Origin: Phyllobates terribilis
Taxonomy: Eukaryota
Direction of reading: 5' to 3'
DNA: 64,000 nucleotides
Assembly (NCBI RefSeq): GCF_046119375.1
Contig: NW_027362946.1
Span: 3,534,001 to 3,598,000 of the forward strand
Positions 23,601-36,930 of this stretch are shown here, piece after piece (the stretch's first letter is position 1; every line of letters begins with the position of its first letter). The translations under genes and the position numbers were made by a program. The notes below the pieces were generated by a model. That model was not told where the DNA came from. It did not search any database and saw only the letters and a list, made by a program, of their open reading frames with translations.

Positions 23601-23800
23601 CTCTACTTGGACGATATTCTAGTGGTAGGCAGGTCAATAGAGCACTGCAGTTGTCAACTGATAACAATCAGAACCATTCTGACCAGGCTGGGATGACTGC
23701 TAAACCTATAAAAATCAAAACTGGAACGACAGAGGGTTCAGTCATTCTTAGGACTTGAGTGCAAAAAAGCAGACTTGTCTACTGCAGGAAAAAAAGGACG
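20700..23800 (+). mobile_element. Truncated DIRS1-like retrotransposon (left ITR, gag, part of RT)
   Basis: Starts next to a T-run with cccatgacagcacca and a caaggacaggaaacc hairpin. Broken gag-like frames at 22310-23061. RT motifs GKGFYSP, FKMETIK and ALPFGLS at about 23235-23530. No tyrosine recombinase segment is seen. Confidence 0.8.
21293..21901. mobile_element. 609-bp insertion with 167-bp direct repeats (Penelope-like, tentative)
   Basis: 12-bp flanking duplication tttcctcttgat (21281-21292, 21902-21913). Direct repeats at 21291-21457 and 21733-21899. The family call is inference. Confidence 0.55.
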
Positions 23801-23933
23801 ACAAGGTCATGGTTAGTCTTGAGCCAATTTGTTCGGCATGTGAAATTCGGGTTCGTATTCGGGGTTCCGACTTGTTCGCGCCAAAAAAATCGGCTCTGCC
23901 CACGAACATCCCTGATTTTCCATGCTGTCACGC

Positions 23934-26931
23934 AGATGTTATCTCCGGTGGGGCGTGATCTCGGCCTCCCAGGTTTCCTTGGAGATGTCTAGGAGACCCC
24001 TTGGATGCCGGCCATATAGAAGCTCGAATGGAGAGAAGCCAGTGAAGGCTTGGGGAACTTCTCTGACGGAGAAAAGTAGAAACGGAAGCAAGTAGTCCCA
24101 GTCTCAACCATCCTTCTCAATGACCTTTTTGAGCATCGCTTTCAGGGTCTTATTGAAGCGCTCCACCAGGCCATCAGTTTGCAGATGGCAAACGCAGGTT
24201 CGCAGCTGAGTAATCTAAAGCACTTTGCACAGCTCCTTCATCACCTTGCTCATGAATGGGGTTCCTTGGTCCGTCAGGATTTCCTTCAGCAGGCCGGTCC
24301 TAGCAAAGATGTTGACAAGTTCCCGAGCTAAGTTCCGTAAGGGTACCCCTTCGGGGTACCGGGTCGCATAGTCCATGACGACCAAGATGTATTGATGGCC
24401 CTGGGCCGATTTAATTAAGGGACCCACGAGGTACATGGCAATCTTCTCAAAGAGAACTTCTATCACAGGTAGTGGAACTAAGGGACTACGGACTTGGGAG
24501 GTGGACTCGGTTATCTGGCAGGTGGGGCAGGACCTACAATAGTTTAAGATCTCCCGGTAGCATCCTGGCCAATAAAACCTCCTCACTATTCGCTCCTGAG
24601 TTTTTTCAACCCCTAGGTGTCCCCCCCCCCCCCCCCTAGAATATGTGAGTGGGCCATATCTAATACCCTCCGACGGTATGGCCCAGGAACTAACAGCTGT
24701 TCCACTACCTCTTCACCTTTGTTTGGTTACCTGGTACCCCCTGAATTGCAAAGTGTGGGTACCGCCCCCGACTCTTGAGCAACACCATTACAAACCGTAA
24801 CATTGTCCCACGCCCCTTTCAAGGTCAAGTCCCGAACTTGAGCTGCCCCAAAGTTCTCTCCGGGCACCTCTAACTCAGGGAGGTCGGCCTCCTCAGTCAC
24901 AGTCTCGTCCTCACCGACAAGGACACACAGTGGAAACCGATCCACTTCCAATGTCGACCGAGGTATTTCTAGGGTCCTGGCTTTTGTCTCCGTGATGGAG
25001 TCTGGATCCCTTCCCCCACAAATCCCAGAACAAGGGAAAATCGTGCCCCAATATGACGGAATGTATCAGGTCCTTGACCAACCCGACCTCGTGGGATTGG
25101 GCGCCACAGTCTGTTTCGACTGTCACTCTGGCCACCGGGTAGTTCTTGGCATCCCCATGTATGGAGCGGATGCCCAAAGATCTGGCGGGTATCAGCTGGT
25201 GGGGAAGGGTGGCACTGATCGAGGTCACTAGGTTCATCACTCCTTTAACGGACACGGCACACACCTGCGGCCCCTCGCCGGGTTGACAGTCCACACTGCA
25301 GGCTGGGTAAGCATAGTATGAACATCGTCTCCCTAGACTGCAGTCCATTGGCTCAGCAGACGTATGACACTGGGTGGCTACGTGTTCCGGATTGCGACAT
25401 CGCCAACAGGTCACATCCTTCACAACAGACCTTGCAGCCCCTTCAGTGGAAGTGGAATGCCCCCAGTTGTGGCTCTTAACCCCTTCCGTGGTGAACCCAC
25501 TCCCTTTTGGGCACTCCAGTAAGGGGAGCTGGCTATCTCGGGTATCCCCAGGGATTTTTCAACCACTTGGAATCTCTCTACAAGACCTATGAGGTCGTCT
25601 GCATTCCGACGGTCGCCCTGGGCAACCCAGTTCTGCACCGGCCTGGGTAGGGAATGGATGAACCTGTCCATTACCACACGCTCAACCATCTGGGCAGGAG
25701 AGGAAGACTCTGGCTGCAGCCATTTCTGGACAAGATGTAACAAGTCAAACATTTGTGAGCGTGGAGGTCTGTCGCCAGCATACGCCCAGTGGTGGACCCT
25801 TTGTGCTCTGACAGACATAGTCACTCCTGAGCGTGCCAATATTTTGGTTTTTAATTTGGCATATTCCTTTGCGTCCTGTAATGTCAAATTGTAATAAGCC
25901 TTCTGCGGGTCCCCAGTCAAATATGGCGCCAGAACCTCCACCCACTGCTCCAGCGGCAATTTCTCCCGTTCCGCTACCCTCTCAAAAACAGTCAGGAACA
26001 CCTCAATATCATGCCCCGGGGTCATCTTCTGTAACGCTTTCCTTACCGTCTTCCTGATGTATGCATCATCACTTGGACTTGACGGAAGCCGTCGCCTTGC
26101 CACGGATCGCCTCTAAAAGTAACTCGATCTGCTGTTATTGGTGATGCTGATCCTGTTGCTGCGGTTTCTGGAGCTGAACTTGTTGTATCAGCAGCTTAGT
26201 GGTCTCTTGTTGCTGCTGTAGCTGCTCACGGTGCTGCTGTTGCATTCTCTGCTGCATGCTCTGCAACTGCTGCTACTGCATGGTCTGCTGGCTCTGCACC
26301 AGGTGCTTAATTAGCTCTTCCATGGTGCCGGACGTCTCCTGCTGGCTGGCAGCCTTCACCCAAGAAATCCACCGGTCTCTGTAGCAGGTACACGTGTTCC
26401 TGGAATCTTGCCCGCATTCTCCACCAGCTGTGGTAAGATAAAACGCCTCACTTGGTCGCTTCCGGAAGTAGACTCAGGAACCGTGTTTTCTCTGCAGCCT
26501 TTATTTAGTGCCATAAATCTCCGCAGCTCCAGCAAAACTAAACACAGCCTTACTGGCAAAACAACAAAACAAAAGATAAACGAAAGCACAGTCCATAGCA
26601 GTGTGGAATTAGCCACACAGGTTGTAGTCCCAGCATTCAGCTCCTCTCTGAGCTGTGGTCTTCCAGTCTGGAGTCTTTGCCACTCCAAACTCACAACAGA
26701 GAAAAAAAACCAGGACTGAACATTTAAACATTGTTCAGCCACACCCTGAGGTGGAGGTATGGGGAATGACATCCCTCCCATCTCTGTCATTCCGATAAAA
26801 CCACGCTTTTTAAGAGTTAACCCCCAGCATATAAAATGCTGGCAGAAAGTTTATTGGTTCTAGTTCACATAGGCTAGCAACCAGTGTGACACATACCTCC
26901 CTTCATATACCATACCAGTGACTCTGGCACA
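23934..26931 (-). mobile_element. Second Gmr1-like Gypsy element, 3'-truncated (5' LTR 26429-26931, gag, PR, INT)
   Basis: gag ORF 26103-25420 with SCAN-like segment, knuckle CWRCRNPEHVATQC, protease region to 24911, integrase 24586-24215 and about 24110-23950. LTR has TG..CA ends. Confidence 0.85.
26410..26426 (-). other. Primer-binding site complementary to the tRNA-Ala 3' end
   Basis: TGGTGGAGAATGCGGGC on the minus strand, 2 nt from the LTR; complementary to ...GCCCGCAUUCUCCACCA. Confidence 0.75.
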
Positions 26932-27459
26932 ATAGTTAGATCTTTGTCTCAACACTGCTCCAAGTCTCACGCTATGGGAGGAACTTGTCAATCACTGGGA
27001 AAGTCCTGGGCCAAATCTTCTTTTTTTTTGGGGGGGGGGGGGGGGGGTGAAGACATGAGGGTCTGTGGGTGGTCTCGTTCACAGCCCCGCTGTCTTTAGA
27101 TAGACCGCATCGGCCAGGACTCATCCCATTGAATTCCCACACTCCTTCCCCATGGGCATAATATTACTGAAACAGCATAGGGTGAGGGTAAAACAGTGTG
27201 GCACTACTTTATTGAACCACCAAACAGACAATAATAAATAGGACAGTCCCAGCAAATACACAAGATGGTGCAAAAGACAGAGTCTCACCCTTCCGCTGGC
27301 GCGCCGGAATTAGAGCAGCTGTGACTTCAGGGCATCCAATGCCTACTACCCCAACCAGTAGCACCCAGCTTTTGGCGGGCACCCACAGAGAGGAGGTAGT
27401 GGCAAGTTTAGGAAGCTAACCGAGTGCAGTGAGGTATGTGGCCAGGTGACCTGATTGTC

Positions 27460-27674
27460 AAAAAAAATCACAGAAAAAGAAAAAAACAGCCTTACCAACA
27501 CCAGGTCAGATCACCAAAGCACAAGCCGGACGCGGCAGACCCCATGATAAAGGCGGGGGCCGCACAGGTGCAAAACACCGCCTCCATGAATTGTCAGATA
27601 TGTGAGTGGCTGTGTAGCATCAACATTGCACACAAATGCTGCCTTTGGTGATCTGACCTGGTTTTGGTAAGGCT
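27460..27674. mobile_element. 215-bp hairpin insertion with 14-bp target duplication
   Basis: gtgacctgattgtc at 27446-27459 and 27675-27688. Inverted repeats of about 33 bp at 27487-27520 and 27643-27675. A-rich left end. Confidence 0.65.
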
Positions 27675-28828
27675 GTGACCTGATTGTCCCAACCTGGATT
27701 CTTCAAAACGTTTTTGAGGGTTAGGTGATGGTCAATTGAGCAGATCTGAATTCTTCCAGCTAGGACTGTGGTCCCTTAAGCTGGCGTCCTGTAGATTCTC
27801 TGTCTGGGGAACAGAGGCAGATTCCCCCCCCCCCACCCCCCTTCAATAGGTCACAACTATTCTTCAGGCCATCATCCACAGGTCCGGGGGAAGGTGAGAT
27901 GTGGTCAACTCTCATTGTTTGAGTATTTAATCAAACTGCATAGTTTGTCCTTCCCTGCTAGCAAGTAAACAAGTTGCCTGGACTGATACAATGGTAGCAA
28001 CATATTAGCAAAAATCAATTGTTCAATGACCTGCGTTCCTGTCATCCACGGATAGCAAGACAATATGCTGAAACAAACGTCAACTCAAGAGTCAACGTTA
28101 AGGCTCATATAACAATGGCCTATGTTTCTTGACCCACCAAAGAAGCACGTCTGGCTTAATCAAGAACAAATGCTGTGTCGTCACATTGGGGAATATGAGA
28201 AAATCACTGATGTTTAAAAGTTGTACAAGAGCTCAGGAGCGAAAGTGCGATAGGGACTTATCCGGTATGAAATAAAATATTTTTAACAGGGTTCTGCTAA
28301 CCTGGTATGGCTGTGTTCACAAAACAGTTATCAAGACGTAGGTAATCAGCTGCTGCAGATCCACAGGTTGTCAGACCAAACCAAAGTAGATGGAGGAAAA
28401 ACATGGATGGTCCACGCTGCTGGTAGATTGATGAAAGGATCAGGATACACAGAACTGTATTAATTGTCGTTTTATTATCGACACCTTTCGAAGTTGACAC
28501 TTCTTAAGGATATAACCACATGTAGACACATATAACAGTCAGACAGCTTTATAAGAGGGGCATTCAAATAATGGCGCCAAAGAGGCCCATGATGTGTCAA
28601 AGTTCACCTTTTACCGTTATGACAACTCTGAAAAACCAAACGCTGATGAAAATCTGATCCAAAACACTGAGGAAAATAAGACTGGATTGTTAAGTATGAG
28701 AAAAATCACTGACGTCTGAATGAGGCCCTACATTGAAAAACCTGTGAGCTTTTACAAAGCCTACCTGAGATAAAATGGAGGATGCTCGGTTTTCATCGGG
28801 TACAATGGAAGATGTGCTCTATTTCAGT

Positions 28829-30222
28829 GTACCTCAGGTAAAATGGAGGAGGCTCTCCAGGCGTACCTCAGGTAAAATGGAGGAGGCTCTCCCGGTGTAC
28901 CTCAGGTAAAATGGAGGAGGCTCTCCAGGTGTACCTCAGGTAAAATGGAAGAGGCTCTCCAGGTGTACCTCAGGTAAAATGGAAGAGGCTCTCCAGGTGT
29001 ACCTCAGGTAAAATGGAAGAGGCTCTCCAGGTGTACCTCAGGTAAAATGGAAGAGGCTCTCCCGGTGTACCTCAGGTAAAATGGAAGAGGCTCTCCCGGT
29101 GTACCTCAGGTAAAATAGAAGAGGCTCTCCCGGTGTACCTCAGGTAAAATGTCGGAGGCTCTCCAGGCGTACCTCAGGTAAAATGTCGGAGGCTCTCCAG
29201 GCGTACCTCAGGTAAAATGTCGGAGGCTCTCCAGGCGTACCTCAGGTAAAATGTCGGAGGCTCTCCAGGCGTACCTCAGGTAAAATGTCGGAGGCTCTCC
29301 AGGCGTACCTCAGGTAAAATGGAGGAGGCTCTCCCGGTGTACCTCAGGTAAAATGGAGGAGGCTCTCCAGGTGTACCTCAGGTAAAATGGAAGAGGCTCT
29401 CCAGGTGTACCTCAGGTAAAATGGAAGAGGCTCTCCAGGTGTACCTCAGGTAAAATGGAAGAGGCTCTCCAGGTGTACCTCAGGTAAAATGGAAGAGGCT
29501 CTCCCGGTGTACCTCAGGTAAAATGGAAGAGGCTCTCCCGGTGTACCTCAGGTAAAATAGAAGAGGCTCTCCCGGTGTACCTCAGGTAAAATGTCGGAGG
29601 CTCTCCAGGCGTACCTCAGGTAAAATGTCGGAGGCTCTCCAGGCGTACCTCAGGTAAAATGTCGGAGGCTCTCCAGGCGTACCTCAGGTAAAATGTCGGA
29701 GGCTCTCCAGGCGTACCTCAGGTAAAATGTCGGAGGCTCTCCAGGCGTACCTCAGGTAAAATGTCGGAGGCTCTCCAGGCGTACCTCAGGTAAAATGTCG
29801 GAGGCTCTCCAGGCGTACCTCAGGTAAAATGTCGGAGGCTCTCCAGGCGTACCTCAGGTAAAATGTCGGAGGCTCTCCCGGCGTACCTCAGGTAAAATGG
29901 AAGAGGCTCTCCCGGCGTACCTCAGGTAAAATGGAAGAGGCTCTCCCGGCGTACCTCAGGTAAAATGGAAGAGGCTCTCCCGGCGTACCTCAGGTAAAAT
30001 GGAAGAGGCTCTCCCGGTGTACCTCAGGTAAAATGGAGGAGGCTCTCCAGGTATATCTCAGGTAAAATGGAAGAGGCCCTCCCGGTGTACCTCAGGTAAA
30101 ATGGAGGAGGCTCTCCAGGTGTACCTCAAATAAAATGGAGTAGGCGCTCCCTGTGTACCTCAGATAAAATGGAGGAGGCTCTCTTAGTGTACCTTAGATA
30201 TAATGGAGGAGGCTCTCCTGGT
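28829..30222. repeat. 34-bp minisatellite, about 40 units (gtacctcaggtaaaatggaagaggctctccaggt)
   Basis: Tandem units read directly. Confidence 0.96.
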
Positions 30223-30357
30223 GTAAAACCAGCTCACCATAAAAGCCAGTAAAGTAAATAATATAATTAAGTGGAGGAGGCTCTCTTTCTTTCTTTGAGC
30301 ACCTCAAAGAAAATCTCTCTGTTTCCAATTGAAAGAAAGAAGGAGGCGACGTAACTT

Positions 30358-31345
30358 AGCTCCGCTCCGTCCGCCTCGTACACGCGCGGCTCGGCTCCGT
30401 CCGCCTCGTACACGCGCGGCTCGGCTCCGTCCGCCTCGTACACGCGCGGCTCGGCTCCGTCCGCCTCGTACACGCGCGGCTCGGCTCCGTCCGCCTCGTA
30501 CACGCGCGGCTCGGCTCCGTCCGCCTCGTACACGCGCGGCTCGGCTCCGTCCGCCTCGTACACGCGCGGCTCGGCTCCGTCCGCCTCGTACACGCGCGGC
30601 TCGGCTCCGTCCGCCTCGTACACGCGCGGCTCGGCTCCGTCCGCCTCGTACACGCGCGGCTCGGCTCCGTCCGCCTCGTACACGCGCGGCTCGGCTCCGT
30701 CCGCCTCGTACACGCGCGGCTCGGCTCCGTCCGCCTCGTACACGCGCGGCTCGGCTCCGTCCGCCTCGTACACGCGCGGCTCGGCTCCGTCCGCCTCGTA
30801 CACGCGCGGCTGCGCTCCGCACGCCTCGTACACGCGCGGCTGCGCTCCGCACGCCTCGTACACGCGCGGCTGCGCTCCGCACGCCTCGTACACGCGCGGC
30901 TGCGCTCCGCACGCCTCGTACACGCGCGGCTGCGCTCCGCACGCCTCGTACACGCGCGGCTGCGCTCCGCACGCCTCGTACACGCGCGGCTGCGCTCCGC
31001 ACGCCTCGTACACGCGCGGCTGCGCTCCGCACGCCTCGTACACGCGCGGCTCCGCTCCGCACGCCTCGTACACGCGCGGCTCCGCTCCGCACGCCTCGTA
31101 CACGCGCGGCTCCGCTCCGCACGCCTCGTACACGCGCGGCTCCGCTCCGCACGCCTCGTACACGCGCGGCTCCGCTCCGCACGCCTCGTACACGCGCGGC
31201 TCCGCTCCGCACGCCTCGTACACGCGCGGCTCCGCACGCCTCGTACACGCGCGGCTCCGCTCCGCACGCCTCGTACACGCGCGGCTCCGCTCCGCACGCC
31301 TCGTACACGCGCGGCTCCGCTCCGTACGCCTCGTACACGCGGCTC
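30358..31345. repeat. 30-bp CpG-rich minisatellite, about 33 units, same family as 15550-17230
   Basis: Units tcggctccgtccgcctcgtacacgcgcggc and variants, arranged in homogeneous blocks. Confidence 0.97.
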
Positions 31346-31520
31346 TGCTACATCCACACTGTAAACCCCTCCTGACCCCACACATAAACTTCAGCTCATC
31401 CAGCACCATGACAACCAGCACAGCAGAGTCCTGCATCCACTGAGGCCCCTGATCATGTGACCCCTGACTCCTCCCCTCCTGTGACCTCATCACAGCTCCT
31501 GTGCGCACAGAACAGCCATA
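31340..31520. promoter_or_regulatory. Conserved upstream module, copy preceding gene B1
   Basis: Near-identical to 17222-17395 up to cagccat; separated from B1 by the hAT insertion at 31571-36147. Confidence 0.45.
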
Positions 31521-31763
31521 TATGTGGTGGCGGCTCTGCAGGTGGAGGTATGTGGTGGCGGCTCTGCAGTCAGGGCTGCCACCAGGAATTTCGGGGCCCC
31601 ATACTGTCAAAATTTTCAGGCTCCCTTGAGACTCTGCCCAGGCTCCACCTCCATCCCTCGAACCTTCTACAGTCCCACCGCCTACTCTTGGAAAAACTCC
31701 ACTTCTGCACCCCGTCCTCAACAGTCACACATTAACAGTTCCCAGTGATCACCAGATCACATA

Positions 31764-33292
<1,529 letters not shown>

Positions 33293-34589
33293 TACATAGC
33301 CAGCAGCTTTTGTTTTGGCCAAAAGATTTTTAAAACCACCACCACGATAAGTTAGACTCTTCTGGCCGGGCCCTACTCTATTCTAACCTATTAAAATTTT
33401 CTTAAAGTACCCAATACTCTTTTTAGGTATATTTTTATTTATTTTTCTTTAAGGGAATGTGTCATACACATTTTTTAAAATGACCAATAATACCACATAC
33501 AAGGATCAAATACCACCACACCATGACCGGACCACATATTACCACCACATAGTGACCGAATAATACCACATACAAGGAATACCGCTGCACCATGACCAGA
33601 CCACATATTACCACCACATAGTGACCGAATAATACCACACAGAAGGGACAAAAAATGCCACACCATGACCAGACCACATGTTACCACCACATTGTCACCT
33701 TATTACAATACTGATCATTAATAAAAAACCATAATACTAATATTACCATAAGTGCCATTATACACCGGAGCTCTGTACATGGTATACAGTGTATAATGTA
33801 AGTGTACAGGTAATATAGTGATCATCAGTGACATTATACACTGGAGCTCTGTATATAGTGTCAGTGTACAGGTAATACAGTGATCACCAGTGACATTATA
33901 CACAGGAGCCCTGTACATAGTATATAGTGTCATTGTACATGTAATACACTGACTCACCAGTGACGTCTCTAGTTGAAGTCCTTCATCTTCACTTTTCTCC
34001 TTCATCCAGCACAGACCACCATCACTTCTTCCAGCCAGGACTTGTCTTTGAATAAAATAACACAGTTATGTAGAGCATATTCCCCAACTTCTACATTACA
34101 CAGCTGAATACAGATGTGCACCCACCATTAATATATAATTAGTCATTATGCAACCCACCATTCCAAATATAATTGTAATCCATCCCTGCGCCCCAAATAA
34201 CTGTAAATAGCCACTTTCCCCACCTAATAAATATGTAAATTAATTAGAGCCTGTACTCTTTCCCAGAATTTATTACCAGTCACACTCCTGCATCCGCAAT
34301 GCCCCCCACTCTGTACCTCCTGCTCCCCCGATTCATTATATTTACATGACCCTCTGCCCCAATTCATTATTTCCTGCTCTCCCCACCCCCACCCTCTATT
34401 CATCATTTACTCTCCCTCATCCCCCATTCACCATTTGCTTTCCCCACCCCACTCCCAATTCATCATGTGCTTTCCCCACTCCCACTTTTCAATCCACCAT
34501 TTGCTCTCCCCACCCCTAATTCACCGTTCGCTCTTCCCACCCACCACTCCCAATCCACCATGCGCTCATCCTCCCCCCACTCTCAATCC

Positions 34590-35780
34590 TCCATGTGCAG
34601 CTCACCCCTCCACTCCCAATTCCCCATGTGCAGCTCACACCCCCCACTGCCAATTCCCCATGTGCAGTTCATTCTCCTCACCACTCCCAACATTCCCCCC
34701 ACTTCCAACTCATCATTATGTGCAGCTCATCCACCCCCCACTGGCAATTCCCCATCACGTGCAGCTCATCCTCCCCCACTGCCAATTCCCCATCACGTGC
34801 AGCTCATCCTCCCCCTACTGCCAATTCCCCATGTGCAGTTCATCCTCCTCACCACACCCAACATTCCCCCCACTCCCAACTCATCATTATGTGCAGCTCA
34901 TCCACCCCCCACTGGCAATTCCCCATCACGTGCAGCTCATCCTCCCCCACTGCCAATTCCCCATCACGTGCAGCTCATCCTCCCCCCACTGCTAATTCCC
35001 CATGTGCAGCTAATCCTCCCCCACTGCCAACTCCCCATGTGCAGCTCATCCTCCCCCACTGATAATTCCCCATGTGCAGCTCATCCTCCCCCACTGCCAA
35101 TTTCCCATGTGCAGCTAATTCCCCATGTGCAGCTCATCCTCCCCCACTGCCAATTCCCCATATGCAGCTCATCCTCCTCCCACTCCAAATTCCCCATCAT
35201 GTGCAGCTCATCCTCTCCCCACTCCCAATTCCCCATCACGTGCAGCTCATCCTCTCCCCACTGATAATTCCCCATGTGCAGCTCATCCTCCCCCACTGCC
35301 AATTCCCCATGTGCAGCTCATCCTCCTCCCACTCCAAATTCCACATCATGTGCAGCTCATCCTCTCCCCACTCCCAATTCCCCATCACGTGCAGCTCATC
35401 ATCCCCCACTGATAATTCCCGATGTGCAGCTCATCCTCCCCCACTGCCAATTCCCCATGTGCAGCTCATCCTCCTCCCACTCCAAATTCCACATCATGTG
35501 CAGCTCATCCTCTCCCCCCTCCCAATTTCCCATCACGTGCAGCTCATCCTTCCCCACTGCCAATTCCCCATGTGCAGTTCATCCTCCTCCCACTCCAAAT
35601 TCCCCATGATGTGCAGCTCATCCTCCCCCAACTGCTAATTCCCATGTGCAGCTCATCCTCCCCCACTGTCAATTCCCCATGTGCAGCTCATCCTCCTCCC
35701 ACTCCAAATTCCCCACCATGTGCAGCTCATCCTCCCTCCACTCCCAATTCCCCATCATGTGCAGCTCATCCTCCCCCCAC
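34590..35780. repeat. 35/38-bp minisatellite, expanded relative to copy A
   Basis: Same units as 620-1505, about 300 bp longer. Confidence 0.94.
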
Positions 35781-36930
35781 TCCATTTAATTTTTTAAAAA
35801 AAAATTAAATTGTCATACTTACCCCACATACGATCCCTGCAGCATCCTGGCGCTCCTGTTGCGATGAGGAGGTGCACGCCGCCACCGGGTGCTCCTGACT
35901 CCTGAAGTATGAAGGAGCTGCTGCACCGGCGCAGCTTCAGTAAGGAACTCGGTGCCAATATGTGCGCCATCTAAGGCGGTGTGCGCCCCAGTGCTCGGCA
36001 CTTTATTGCAGCATGGAGTGCCGTGCATGGAGCGCCGTGAGCAGACGCACAAGAGGGGGGCCCTGACTAGACCCGGCCCCTCTCTGTACTGCTGCTCACG
36101 GGGCCCCAAACAGCAGTAAGGGCAGTGATGCCCTGATGGCGGCCCTGTCTGCAGGTGGAGGTATGTGGAGATTCCCCATTATTGTCTCTCAGAATTTGCC
36201 GTTATTCACACTATGCGTCTATTTTGTGTCTGTTTTTTTTGCATGGTGAAATAAATCATCCCTCTGATTGACCGCTGGCTGCTCGCAGGGAGGCAGCAGG
36301 GAGGCAGCTGACAATCAGTGTGATGTCGTCAGTCACGTCCCATCAAGAAAGCAGAGCCAAAGAGAAGCCGCTGCTCCGTCTACGTGACTCATTAGAAGCC
36401 GCAGAGTCACTGGCAGGAGCAGTCCGTGACCGCTCTGTTCCCGCAGACATTGAGGCAGGGCAGGCAGGCAGTTAGGAACTATCTGCCTTTTACTTCTTCT
36501 GCCCATAGTTATAAAAATAATATAGTCCTGGATAAACTCTTTAACACACAGCTATCATCCGTGGACAGGCTGTTCTTTTTCGTGGACCTATTCACTTGAA
36601 TAAGCAAGTTTAGGGCAGGACAAGAAAATATCCCTAAATAATCTACTATGTCCGTGTTCACACCACGAGTGCAGCGTTCAGGCCAAACCTCCTCCGGTCC
36701 TCAAAGCGAAGCTCATTAACGGCCGCCATAAAAATCCACTTCTTCTTCCGGCATCATCCAGGATCAGATCCACAGATTACTGCTTTATACCGGAATCAGT
36801 GATTGTATTATTACATAGAATTATTGATGACGTTACATCTTCTCATCTTCTTCTCATTCAGGTCTCTACAATATCGGATCCTCTCAGTGAAGATCTTCTA
36901 TATAAGAGAAGTTTCCTGTCAAAGGTTGAT

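Noticed and set aside
26410-26426. tRNA-Ala gene
   Set aside because: Only 17 nt of the tRNA 3' end, including CCA, next to an LTR; this is a primer-binding site.
28829-31345. CRISPR-like appearance of the 30-34-bp repeats
   Set aside because: Units are contiguous with no unique spacers, there are no cas genes, and the context is vertebrate.
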